Source of the DNA: a virus
Direction: 5' to 3' (one strand)
Length of the DNA: 64,000 nucleotides
Virus record (IMG/VR): IMGVR_UViG_3300013372_001471
Coordinates: 9,103 to 73,102 of that record
This document shows, piece after piece, positions 19,080 through 28,440 of this stretch (within the stretch, counting starts at the first letter, position 1; every line of letters begins with the position of its first letter). The notes beneath the pieces were generated by a model that ran no database searches, was not told the DNA's origin, and saw only the letters and a list, made by a program, of their open reading frames with translations. The position numbers and the translations under genes are program-made.

Positions 19080-21591
19080 ACGAAAAAAACTTTTGTGCAA
19101 CTTTTTTATTCTCCGTTGGGAAATCCCACTTCATTGCCTCATAGAAGTTCTTTAACTTGCCATCCAATTCCGAAACAAATAATTCATTGGCATCAAAATA
19201 ATCCTTGACAAATTGTATAATTTCTTCTGGATCCGAATCACCACGAAATGCCAACTCCTCCAACCCATACTTGTTTGATTTCAAATAAGCAATCTTAACC
19301 TTGTCACCATTTTTAATTGGCGGATATTTCGGAGGACAACCAAATGTTTTCAATAACTTATTATAGTTTATGGCAGCTTTGATATGTGATGGAGTTCCCT
19401 TTGCATACTTACCGAGAACATCATCCTTTACCAAAGTTTCATACTTTTTAATATCTTTGATTGAAGAATTTTTAGCAACCTCTGCATACAATACCGTGTT
19501 CAAATTCTTTTTGAAAGACAATATGTATTCATCAATTTCATTCTTATCTTTACCTTTGAGAATATCAATCATCACATCCTTCATACACTTCTGAAATGAT
19601 TTGGGGAATGATGAACGAACAATATCCAAACCCTTAACTTCCAACTTATCCATTGGAACACCGTTATCCGAAATAATCCAAAGAGCATATCTTTTTTTCT
19701 TTTGCCAGAAACCTGTTCTACCAATCATTTCTTGTTTGATTTCCAAACGATGTTTGTCAGTATTGAATATCTTTTTGGCAAATACATCATAGAATTGATT
19801 AACATAATCTTGAACTTCCGTTGCAATCTCATAAATCTTTGGTGTCATTGTTTCAATATCATTTGTATCAATGTCCGGAAATCTATTCTTCACCAAAGGT
19901 AAACAAGAAACAAACACAGAGTCCGTATCAACATACTGAACATAATCAAGGTTATCAGTTTTCAATTCTTTATTGTATTTCATATTGATAGCAGCTTCTG
20001 TTTTCTTAATAACCGTTTGACCGGAAAGTGTAACTGCCTCTGCATTATCAATATCATAGAAACGAAATGCAGGTAAACCAAGAATACCATACATACTATT
20101 CAAAAGAATTTTCTGAACAAGCTGTCTTTTCTTGTAGAACTCATACTTGTCTGTGTCACCGGCTTTACCCCACTTCTTCATTTCATTTTTATACTCAACC
20201 CTTTTATCAAACCAATCAGAAAGAATTGCTGGAATGAGTCCGGTTTTGTCTGAACTATACATAACACCGTTTGATGCAACTGTGTATTTGTATTTGTCCA
20301 AGAATGCCTTTAACTTTTCTTTCGATACCTTTTCACCACCAACAATGTATTCATCCTTTCTTCCACGGTTAAAATCTTCAGCATTCCAATCTTCAATTTT
20401 GGCAATCTTTGTTTCAGGAGAAATGTTTAGTGTCATAATGATTGACGGATATAGTGATGTCAAATCCAAGTCATACATCCAATCATATCTACCAGGAACA
20501 GGATCCTTAACGAATGCACCGATAAAACCTTTCTCACCACTCTCACGCAATTCTTGCATCTTCTCTTGTCTATCTGCTGGTTTGTTCGGAGCAACAACAC
20601 CACCAATATGTTTAAGATAAGTAAGCATAGCTCCTTCCAAATACTTTGATGAATATACAAAGTCTTCATAAGGAACATGACCAACATGAGCGATACCACG
20701 AACTAAATCAATATACTGTAACTTCTTGTCTAATTCGATAACTAACTCAACGTCAGTAATGTTGTATTCGATAAATGTATCAATATCATTTTCCATCAAG
20801 TCATCAAGGTTGCCCTCATATTCAATCTTACCACGACCAAGTTCTGTCATACAAACTGCATTTAGGGCATAAGATGGCAATTCTTTATATGAGAACTTTT
20901 TATACACAGTCATATAATCCAATACGGATGTTCCACCGATTGTGTAACGATTACGATACGGCGAATAAAACATTTCACCAATCACAGAAAGATTGTTTGC
21001 GTGCTTCTTACCAAGAACTCTTTTTATACGATTGTGTAAATATGGAATATCGAATGCATCACAATTCCAACCAGTCATAACATGGGGTTGAATTTCTTGA
21101 ATTGCATCTATGAATTTAAGTAGTAAAGTTTTTTCATCATAACAAGGTATGACCGTTTTGTTATCCGTAGTTTTCCCATCTAATTTTCTTTTCTTATCCA
21201 ATACAAGAATTGTATAATGGTTTGATGCAGAGTCATGGTAAGCAATTGATGTTACTTCATTATTACCTTGTGTTGGATCCGGAATACCGGTAATCATTTC
21301 AACCTCAATATCGAATGTCATTGTTACAATTCCCTTCGAGGGCATATCGGAATCGCCATACATATCTACAAGAATACGAGTTGTCTCTGCAATATCGGAT
21401 TCAAATAGGTCAGGATCGTTTTTAATAAAGTTTGTAACCTTTGAAAGTTTATCACCGTATAGAGAAATATATTTACCATTGGGATCTTTCTTGTAAGCAT
21501 ACGGCGTATACTCAAAGTGCATCAAACCTTTTGCATCATCCCATACCCACGCTTCTTTTGTATTTGTTTTAACGAAAATGTTTTGATACAT
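19075..21591 (-). CDS. DNA polymerase family B (T4 gp43-like)
   Basis: Exo motifs FDIEV, GWNCDAFD, YNITDV; Pol motifs DLTSLYPS, KILLNSMYG, YVDTDS, KKRY. Start placed at MYQNIF (21591), 2 nt from the upstream gene's stop. Confidence 0.97.
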   Translation of the reverse strand: MYQNIFVKTNTKEAWVWDDAKGLMHFEYTPYAYKKDPNGKYISLYGDKLSKVTNFIKNDPDLFESDIAETTRILVDMYGDSDMPSKGIVTMTFDIEVEMITGIPDPTQGNNEVTSIAYHDSASNHYTILVLDKKRKLDGKTTDNKTVIPCYDEKTLLLKFIDAIQEIQPHVMTGWNCDAFDIPYLHNRIKRVLGKKHANNLSVIGEMFYSPYRNRYTIGGTSVLDYMTVYKKFSYKELPSYALNAVCMTELGRGKIEYEGNLDDLMENDIDTFIEYNITDVELVIELDKKLQYIDLVRGIAHVGHVPYEDFVYSSKYLEGAMLTYLKHIGGVVAPNKPADRQEKMQELRESGEKGFIGAFVKDPVPGRYDWMYDLDLTSLYPSIIMTLNISPETKIAKIEDWNAEDFNRGRKDEYIVGGEKVSKEKLKAFLDKYKYTVASNGVMYSSDKTGLIPAILSDWFDKRVEYKNEMKKWGKAGDTDKYEFYKKRQLVQKILLNSMYGILGLPAFRFYDIDNAEAVTLSGQTVIKKTEAAINMKYNKELKTDNLDYVQYVDTDSVFVSCLPLVKNRFPDIDTNDIETMTPKIYEIATEVQDYVNQFYDVFAKKIFNTDKHRLEIKQEMIGRTGFWQKKKRYALWIISDNGVPMDKLEVKGLDIVRSSFPKSFQKCMKDVMIDILKGKDKNEIDEYILSFKKNLNTVLYAEVAKNSSIKDIKKYETLVKDDVLGKYAKGTPSHIKAAINYNKLLKTFGCPPKYPPIKNGDKVKIAYLKSNKYGLEELAFRGDSDPEEIIQFVKDYFDANELFVSELDGKLKNFYEAMKWDFPTENKKVAQKFFSF

Positions 21592-21592
21592 A

Positions 21593-22819
21593 TTATACCT
21601 TCTTAAACATCCATATTGGTTCACAAAACTTTTTATCTTTATTTTCTTCAGCGAACTGAACACTATCATTGAGAAAGTGTCCGTCTCTTGTAGCAGTTCC
21701 TGCACCAGCAGAATTAGGTCTCTTTGACATTTCCATTCCAATACAACCCAAGTATTCCATTCCACTCTCTACCAGAAAATCATTCATTGGATTTGTTATC
21801 TCCAACCATTGTCTACCGGTAGACCATGCAGAATTTGTGTAAACATCTGCAATGTTTATCGCCATTACACCACCAACTCTCAATGATGGTATAATGTTCC
21901 CAAGCGTCTTATGTAGAAAATCTTTATTCCACATATCAATTCCTTTATATCGAACCCAACTTTGTGTATCGGATTGAGAATACTTCTCAACATTAAAATA
22001 TGGTGGTGATGTAAATACCAAATCAAAATGTTCTGGATATTGTGAGAAATCAAAATCTTCTGCGGGTGATTTGTAGAAATTTGTTTTCTTCTTACCTTCA
22101 AAGAAACCTAAATTCTTTTCATAGAACTGGACTTGTTCATCATATATCGGATGATTTTCTACTCTTGGATCCAATCCAACATAATGTTCGGTGCAAGATG
22201 CTGCGTAAAATCCAGCAAGTCTATCACCCCATCCCATAGAAAAGTCTAATACATTTTTTGCACCTAACATTTCATACATACACTTTGCAACATTCGGTTT
22301 GAATTGAGAACAAATGTATTTACGCAATCCTAACATTGTTCTTAATTCTGATTTACCAAGTGTTTCCATTTTAAGAGAATACATAGAACCCATAAGTGAC
22401 TTCATAAACTTATGGTTTTGCCATGTTCTAGCAGGACCTGGTGATACAGATGCATCAACTTCCCAACGGTTCTTTTGTTGGAAATAGTTTGATGCATCGT
22501 TACCAGTATTAAGACGACTGAAATATAACTGTTTTCCACCATAATTCAAAGCATATTTTGGTTCGGATGCTTTTCTTGGAAACCACTCACCTTCTTTTAG
22601 GATTTCATTCCAACGAATACCTTTCAATTTTAGAAACTCACTTTGAGCGCTTTCAATTGTAATATCCGCATAAGGTAGTGAATATGTCATTGCTATTTCA
22701 GCCAGACGGTCTTTGACATATTCTTTATCAAAGTTTTCTTTTATGTATGTTATTTGTTCGGCAGTTATTGATAAATACGGATCCATTCCGTAAAATTGTT
22801 GGAAATAATCTTCTTCCAC
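21593..22819 (-). CDS. SAM-dependent DNA amino-methyltransferase-like protein (SPPY), paralogue C
   Basis: SQFKPNVAK, LDFSMGWGDRLAG, YVGLDP, FTSPPYFNVEKY. Confidence 0.85.
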   Translation of the reverse strand: MEEDYFQQFYGMDPYLSITAEQITYIKENFDKEYVKDRLAEIAMTYSLPYADITIESAQSEFLKLKGIRWNEILKEGEWFPRKASEPKYALNYGGKQLYFSRLNTGNDASNYFQQKNRWEVDASVSPGPARTWQNHKFMKSLMGSMYSLKMETLGKSELRTMLGLRKYICSQFKPNVAKCMYEMLGAKNVLDFSMGWGDRLAGFYAASCTEHYVGLDPRVENHPIYDEQVQFYEKNLGFFEGKKKTNFYKSPAEDFDFSQYPEHFDLVFTSPPYFNVEKYSQSDTQSWVRYKGIDMWNKDFLHKTLGNIIPSLRVGGVMAINIADVYTNSAWSTGRQWLEITNPMNDFLVESGMEYLGCIGMEMSKRPNSAGAGTATRDGHFLNDSVQFAEENKDKKFCEPIWMFKKV

Positions 22820-22832
22820 AAAACACCATTTG

Positions 22833-23129
22833 TTAATCTATTGAATAAAAACTTCCTATGCGGTCACGAAGGTCATACACTATTTGGTATTTTCCATTAA
22901 ATTCCTCTTGTGTATAAACAACAGGTTTACCGTGTTCAACTACTATGTATGAATTTGGGAAACATTTTTGTCCGTCACCGAATGTTATTACATATTTGTT
23001 TTCAAAGTTTTCATTTCTTCCAATAATACATTGCCATTTTTCAGATGCAACTTTTGCAGATTCTTCACTACCGTTAAAATGATAAGCGGTGAATTTACTT
23101 TTTCTGGGTTCAACCATAACAAAATCCAT
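22833..23129 (-). CDS. Hypothetical protein
   Basis: 98-aa ORF, tightly packed with its neighbours. Confidence 0.7.
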   Translation of the reverse strand: MDFVMVEPRKSKFTAYHFNGSEESAKVASEKWQCIIGRNENFENKYVITFGDGQKCFPNSYIVVEHGKPVVYTQEEFNGKYQIVYDLRDRIGSFYSID

Positions 23130-23134
23130 AACAA

Positions 23135-23419
23135 TTACTTCCTCATAATTTTTGTTTTAACTTCTTGCATAAATTCTGTATCATCATCACGTATTATTGG
23201 ATCAATGTATCTTTTACCATCTTTTGCCATAGTCCAATCGTCAGAAATTTCTTCTTCCTTTGGCATCATTATTTCTTCCAACAATTCTAAATCACCATGA
23301 GTAGAAGTAATATGATCACGAATTTGTTTTCTATTCTTACGGTGTGCGTGAACTTTATCATACTTTTCAGAAGTCCCTGCATTGCCTATTATAGGATTTT
23401 TTCTATATGAGCGGCTCAT
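23135..23419 (-). CDS. Hypothetical basic protein
   Basis: MSRSYRKNPIIG...SEKYDK; tightly packed. Confidence 0.7.
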   Translation of the reverse strand: MSRSYRKNPIIGNAGTSEKYDKVHAHRKNRKQIRDHITSTHGDLELLEEIMMPKEEEISDDWTMAKDGKRYIDPIIRDDDTEFMQEVKTKIMRK

Positions 23420-23440
23420 AATAATACCTTTAATAAAAAA

Positions 23441-24088
23441 TTAAATGTCAATATCTTTCCAATCTCCACTTGCAATAGTCTTTGTTGCCCACTTACCCAT
23501 TATATTTGCATTTTTGTAGTAGTTATCTTCAACAACCGTTTCGAGTAATGTGTTTTCAAACATAAAAGGTCTACCACTAACCTTTGTCATAAATTCTCCA
23601 CCTTGTCCCATCTTTCTATCTTTGAATTTCACCTCTTTACCAAAACCTGGAAATCCATTTGGACAATCATTTGTTCCAATCAATACAGAACCATCGCCAT
23701 CTTTTGGTATGTATAATATAGAATCTTGTTGGTATTTTCCACCAAGATTTATTAAATCTTCTCGAAGTTTGCCTTTATCATTCAAATCAACAACAAAGTA
23801 AACATTTTCTTTTACCTCTTTAGCATCAGCCGTTCCAAAGTTTTCAATATATGCACCTTGAACATCAGTCACGCCATAGCCCATCATTTGAAGATTTGCA
23901 TACAATTGTCTGTTTCTTTTTTGATTATCAGCTTTTGAATACTCTTTATCTTCTGGACCGGCACAACCTTCTTTGGAACGAAACGCAGTTATTGTTCCAC
24001 AATCATGTTCTTCCATATGTTTTGCCAAACGAGCAAGTCCACTTTCGTTCAATTGTTTATCTGGTAATAAATGTTTTAACTTTGCCAT
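23441..24088 (-). CDS. S-adenosylmethionine lyase (T3 SAMase/Svi3-3-like) with N-terminal leader
   Basis: ITAFRS...NQKRNRQL...GAYIE...KEN..V...YQQDSIL parallels T3 SAMase VSAFRS...NMSRHRHM...GCYRE...EEK..V...WEQDCVL (recalled). Confidence 0.72.
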   Translation of the reverse strand: MAKLKHLLPDKQLNESGLARLAKHMEEHDCGTITAFRSKEGCAGPEDKEYSKADNQKRNRQLYANLQMMGYGVTDVQGAYIENFGTADAKEVKENVYFVVDLNDKGKLREDLINLGGKYQQDSILYIPKDGDGSVLIGTNDCPNGFPGFGKEVKFKDRKMGQGGEFMTKVSGRPFMFENTLLETVVEDNYYKNANIMGKWATKTIASGDWKDIDI

Positions 24089-24119
24089 TGTTTCTCTCTG
24101 TTATGTAAAATGTTTTACA

Positions 24120-24127
24120 ATAAATAT
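24120..24127 (-). promoter_or_regulatory. ATATTTAT late-promoter-like motif
   Basis: 32 nt upstream of the SAM lyase start; same motif precedes the structural genes. Confidence 0.6.
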
Positions 24128-24132
24128 CAAAA

Positions 24133-24630
24133 TTATTTCTTATCTGTTGAACCAAAACCGCCATCGCCTCTATTACTATCAGACAACTCTTGCACTTCTT
24201 CCAAATGAACTTTTGGATATGGAATGATTATCAATTGAGCAACTTTGTCACCAACAACTGGAATAATACCATCGGGTATTATACCGGGATAAGGCAATTC
24301 AAATCTCACAAGAATTTCACCACGATAATTTGAATCAATAACACCAACTGAATTTTTTAGTGATACTCCTTGTGGTGCCTTTGTTATTGAACTTCTTGGA
24401 AAAAGTAATCCAACATGACCATTTGGAATTTCTACTGCGATGCCTGTTCCGTATTCCATGAAAGTTTCGGTTACTCTAAACGATGTTGCAACCAAGTCCA
24501 TCCCAGCATCACCGGCTTGAGCATATCGTGGTGTTACTGCTTCGGGAACTAATTTACGAAATTTTACGGTTAGATCCAAATCATTTTTATATTCTACCGT
24601 AACATTAGGATGCGATATATGCCAACCCAT
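24133..24630 (-). CDS. dut: dUTP diphosphatase (trimeric)
   Basis: AGMDL, PRSS, NSVGVIDSNYRGEI, VAQL, RGDGGFGST. Confidence 0.96.
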   Translation of the reverse strand: MGWHISHPNVTVEYKNDLDLTVKFRKLVPEAVTPRYAQAGDAGMDLVATSFRVTETFMEYGTGIAVEIPNGHVGLLFPRSSITKAPQGVSLKNSVGVIDSNYRGEILVRFELPYPGIIPDGIIPVVGDKVAQLIIIPYPKVHLEEVQELSDSNRGDGGFGSTDKK

Positions 24631-24631
24631 T

Positions 24632-25381
24632 TTAACCTCCTACATTCCAAAATAATGCATCTTCCGATGCGTGTTCTTTAATAAATGACCAAACTTTTGA
24701 GTCATAGTAATCCGAAGAAGGAAACGGTGGTTTCTCTAACGGTTTACATTTTTGTTCAAATTTATACTTCGATATGAATAATTCTGCCCTACCCCGCTCT
24801 CTGTCTGTTGTATTATGGCCAACCCTAACTCCATACACTTTAGCATCTGGCCATGCCTTCTGTAATCCTCTTGAAAGAACTCCGGAACTTATGCAAGACC
24901 AAACTTCTTTTGGTTTGATTGGCAATTGGCTAGCAATTCTAGCAGCTTCATCAATGATAACGGGATGGTCAAGACCAAAAGGTAGTAATTGTGCACCGGG
25001 TGTTTCTACTGCATATTTTTTAGCAACATGCTGAATATGGGTTAGGAATCCCATAGGAACTTCTATAATGTTTGCACCAATAGATAGTGCCTCTACGGTT
25101 AGTGGTAAATGTTTTCCCTTTGGAATAACTACGGTTGCCTTCAATCCTAAATCTTTACAAGCATAAGCAAGTGCAACTTGAGCATAGCCAACTCTTGGAG
25201 AAGCATATACCCATTCACTCACATGGGACTGTGATTGAAGATACCGATAAAGGAAACGTCTTTTTGTTCCACCAGGAAGTAAATCATCACGGACTACCCA
25301 AATGTTTTCGTGTTTTTCGATAACAATTTCGGGTAAAGTTACGGTGACATCTTTCGTTGGATATTGAAAGAAGTCTGACAT
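24632..25381 (-). CDS. Fold-type II PLP-dependent enzyme of the phage DNA-hypermodification-associated type
   Basis: WVVRDDLLPGGTKRR (PLP lysine), YASPRVGYAQ, SSGVL, YYDSKVW, LFWNVG. Confidence 0.75.
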   Translation of the reverse strand: MSDFFQYPTKDVTVTLPEIVIEKHENIWVVRDDLLPGGTKRRFLYRYLQSQSHVSEWVYASPRVGYAQVALAYACKDLGLKATVVIPKGKHLPLTVEALSIGANIIEVPMGFLTHIQHVAKKYAVETPGAQLLPFGLDHPVIIDEAARIASQLPIKPKEVWSCISSGVLSRGLQKAWPDAKVYGVRVGHNTTDRERGRAELFISKYKFEQKCKPLEKPPFPSSDYYDSKVWSFIKEHASEDALFWNVGG

Positions 25382-25389
25382 ATTTCACC

Positions 25390-25653
25390 TTATAGATTGT
25401 TAATAAGTTCTTTGAAATATGATTTTGGTTTTAATCCAATAACTCTTTGGACTTCTGTTCCATTCTTTTCAAATATAACAGTTGGTAAACTTCTAATACC
25501 GAGTTTTGATGCGGCATCTGGATTTTGATCAACATCAATTATTTGATAACCAATACCTTCGGTTTCATTTACTAAATCTCGCATAATAGGGGAAAGTTGT
25601 TTGCATGGATTACACCATGTTGCTGTGAAGTGTTTTATTGTAATCATGTTCAT
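25390..25653 (-). CDS. Thioredoxin
   Basis: FTATWCNPCK, IDVD, IRSLPT. Confidence 0.93.
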   Translation of the reverse strand: MNMITIKHFTATWCNPCKQLSPIMRDLVNETEGIGYQIIDVDQNPDAASKLGIRSLPTVIFEKNGTEVQRVIGLKPKSYFKELINNL

Positions 25654-25654
25654 A

Positions 25655-26122
25655 TTACCACGGTGAATTAAAATTTATTATAGTGTTTTCAACATTACCA
25701 TTACTACCATTTTTTAATTGGTCATCTTCTTTCCAAGAATCAAGCTCTCTATATTGATCAAAAATAGTTTCGTCTGTGAATCTTTTGGCAATAACTTTAC
25801 CCTTATATTTTATCACATCCTCTTCGACTTCAATATCACTCTTTTTTTCAAATTCATCATCACCAACCAATTTTGTTTCAATTCTAATTGGTTCTTTCAT
25901 AGACCTTTCAATATCAGAATATATGCCAGTCAAGTCTGTTGTGAATACATTTGCTTCTTCTTCTGGATTTAGGATTAAATTATGCTGAGTTGCAATAACT
26001 TGATATACTGTATCATTGACCTGTATAAGATAACCTATGTATGTATTTTCAAAATCGTATTCATCCATATAGTTAAATGTTTCTATGATTCTACCCCTAT
26101 CAAATACTTCCATATTTGTCAT
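25655..26122 (-). CDS. Hypothetical acidic protein
   Basis: 155-aa ORF with GGAG RBS and an upstream promoter-like site. Confidence 0.7.
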   Translation of the reverse strand: MTNMEVFDRGRIIETFNYMDEYDFENTYIGYLIQVNDTVYQVIATQHNLILNPEEEANVFTTDLTGIYSDIERSMKEPIRIETKLVGDDEFEKKSDIEVEEDVIKYKGKVIAKRFTDETIFDQYRELDSWKEDDQLKNGSNGNVENTIINFNSPW

Positions 26123-26153
26123 AATAAAAACTCCAAAACATTAAACAATTAAC

Positions 26154-26185
26154 CAAATATAAGAAAAATTCGTGTAACTAGCAAA
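26154..26185 (-). promoter_or_regulatory. Bacteroidota-type sigma70 promoter
   Basis: Minus strand TTTG-N20-TATATTTG, an exact match to the -33 TTTG / -7 TAnnTTTG consensus. Confidence 0.7.
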
Positions 26186-26192
26186 TCTTTTT

Positions 26193-28409
26193 TTACAGAC
26201 CCAATCTTATTTTTATATCGATGGTGTCATCCTTTGTTTTTTTAATTGGCTTACTTAATTTTGCAATAGCAACCAACTCTCTTGAACTATTGTATAAACC
26301 AACAGTTGTTATGTAAATAACAGGATTATCTATGAAACAGGCGTGTTTTATTCTACCATATTCTTTTAGGTAAGTTGGGTTATTGGAATAGTTACATTCT
26401 ACTGGAGCAATTCTAACGGAATAATTACGGATGTTTCTTTGTCTAGAATTTCTGAATTTGGTGGGCATACCCAATGCGGTAGAGCCACTTAACGATGTGA
26501 ATAATTTATATGAGTTGTCACCATTTATATTACTACCGGTCACAGTATTAAAATTCAATTCATTATTCAATAACTCACCACTTAAAACAACTACACCCAG
26601 ATTAGGATAAACCTTACCATAAGTTTTGAAGTTGTTGTTACTGGTTGATGTTCCTACTCCGTTTGAGTATATTCCGTTGGAAAGTGAACCACTAACAATA
26701 TCAAATGAATACATAGAACTCTTATCACTGCAAGATTCTATTTCTGTTAAGTCACCTGAATTATCTATCAATGATAATACCTTATTCGATGAACTAACTG
26801 CAACATTACTTCCCGTATAGAAATTGTTAGCATAAGATGTTCCATTTAATTCCGATAGATTTATTTGGAAATTTCCAGCATCTATTCTATCTTTTATACT
26901 ATCTCTGGTGAATGTCATAACATAAACCATAGATGATGTATATTCTGTTGCATTATTGTAGTAAACAAATTCATCGGAAAAACTATCTAATGTCTTCAAT
27001 TTGTATTGACTGTAAATAGATTTTGATGGGGAATCGTTATCTTCAAACTCTTCAAAATTTGATCCAGAACCTTGACTATGACCAAATGAAACTGAAAAAT
27101 AAGATTTGCTAACATCACATATTGCACAATCAGTGACATCATAGTAGTATGGTTTTGATGCCGCTGTTTGTATTGAACTTGTGGAAAGACAACTCATGGA
27201 TTCTTGTCCGTCAAACAAACCATCTATTTCATTTTTAACTACCTCACGAATATCTCTACGGGCAAATCTTTGCCACACTCTTGTAGATGCATCACCGAAG
27301 TCACACGGATCAGCAGTTATTATTCTTCTATATGTTGGTAATAATAAATCTTCATCAATTTCACCCGCAATAATATCAACTAACTCTGGCGGAGTTTGTC
27401 TTCCTGCGAGATATTCAGCATATGCCTTTTCTGTAAATTTATCGGGACATATAATATAGATTTCTTCACTAACGGTTACTGTGCAATCACAATCGGGTGT
27501 TAAAAATCTATTGACTGTTGGTGGAGTTATTATATTTAATTCAACGCATTCACAATCTAGCAAATCAGAAAATCTAGTTTGTTCTCTATATTCTTTTACC
27601 TGTGTTGTAACAGTTTCAAGACTACTTGAAACAAAGAATGTATCGGGTGAAAGATTGAAGTCCACCAAACTAACATTACTGATGTCTCTTATTTTTCCTT
27701 GTTGATATATCAATGTTCCCGGCTTAAAAACATTTACATAGGGATCGGCAACTTCGTTAAAGTCTCCTGGTCCAGAAAATATACCAGGTGAACAAAACTT
27801 TCTGTAAAAAGTAACAACATAGCTATAAACATTGTATATTGCCTCAAAACCTTGATAACAAGGTCTGTATGGGACTCTAACTTTTTTGTCAGATACGGAA
27901 ACAAACTCACCATTTATTATGAAATCATCTGGTTCAATATCCACTCTTGTGCTACTTTCCTGACCAAGATCGCTTTTCCAATTAACAGTTATGGACAGAT
28001 TCAAATATGGTCTTGATCCCTTAATCCAAACTTCACCATTTGATCTAATATAATAGTGATCGTTTTCTCTGAATCCACCCTTTGATTTATCTTCAATTTT
28101 TATAGATTGAACATTTGGAAATGTTATATTTGGAGCAGTTAATTTTTTTAATGTTTTATCATAAGTGACTGGCAACCGATATTTCCATTTACCAGTTTTT
28201 GGTAAATCCAATGGTGTATCATCAAAATATAATTTATTTCCTGCAAACTCTTTCCATTCAACCATAGTGCACGGATCCGGTAATTTGAAAACTCCAGGTA
28301 AATCCGTTGCTTCTGTTGTGTCTAAGCTATCCCAATCTGCAGATCTATTTACTACTTCTTCTAAAATTTTTTCATTAGACCATACATCGTTAATCTTAAA
28401 TTTGCTCAT
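26193..28409 (-). CDS. Putative virion structural (tail/baseplate-associated) protein
   Basis: C-terminal YSNNPT...YITTVGLYNSSRELVAIAKLSKPIKK, resembling phage tail/baseplate domains; Ser/Gly/Asn-rich. Confidence 0.55.
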   Translation of the reverse strand: MSKFKINDVWSNEKILEEVVNRSADWDSLDTTEATDLPGVFKLPDPCTMVEWKEFAGNKLYFDDTPLDLPKTGKWKYRLPVTYDKTLKKLTAPNITFPNVQSIKIEDKSKGGFRENDHYYIRSNGEVWIKGSRPYLNLSITVNWKSDLGQESSTRVDIEPDDFIINGEFVSVSDKKVRVPYRPCYQGFEAIYNVYSYVVTFYRKFCSPGIFSGPGDFNEVADPYVNVFKPGTLIYQQGKIRDISNVSLVDFNLSPDTFFVSSSLETVTTQVKEYREQTRFSDLLDCECVELNIITPPTVNRFLTPDCDCTVTVSEEIYIICPDKFTEKAYAEYLAGRQTPPELVDIIAGEIDEDLLLPTYRRIITADPCDFGDASTRVWQRFARRDIREVVKNEIDGLFDGQESMSCLSTSSIQTAASKPYYYDVTDCAICDVSKSYFSVSFGHSQGSGSNFEEFEDNDSPSKSIYSQYKLKTLDSFSDEFVYYNNATEYTSSMVYVMTFTRDSIKDRIDAGNFQINLSELNGTSYANNFYTGSNVAVSSSNKVLSLIDNSGDLTEIESCSDKSSMYSFDIVSGSLSNGIYSNGVGTSTSNNNFKTYGKVYPNLGVVVLSGELLNNELNFNTVTGSNINGDNSYKLFTSLSGSTALGMPTKFRNSRQRNIRNYSVRIAPVECNYSNNPTYLKEYGRIKHACFIDNPVIYITTVGLYNSSRELVAIAKLSKPIKKTKDDTIDIKIRLGL

Positions 28410-28440
28410 GTTAATTTATATCCACATAACAATAATGAAA

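Noticed and set aside
21592-21765. 58-aa N-terminal extension of the DNA polymerase in the ORF track
   Set aside because: It overlaps the MTase C coding region in another frame; the ATG at 21591 directly follows that gene's stop and gives a normal N-terminus.
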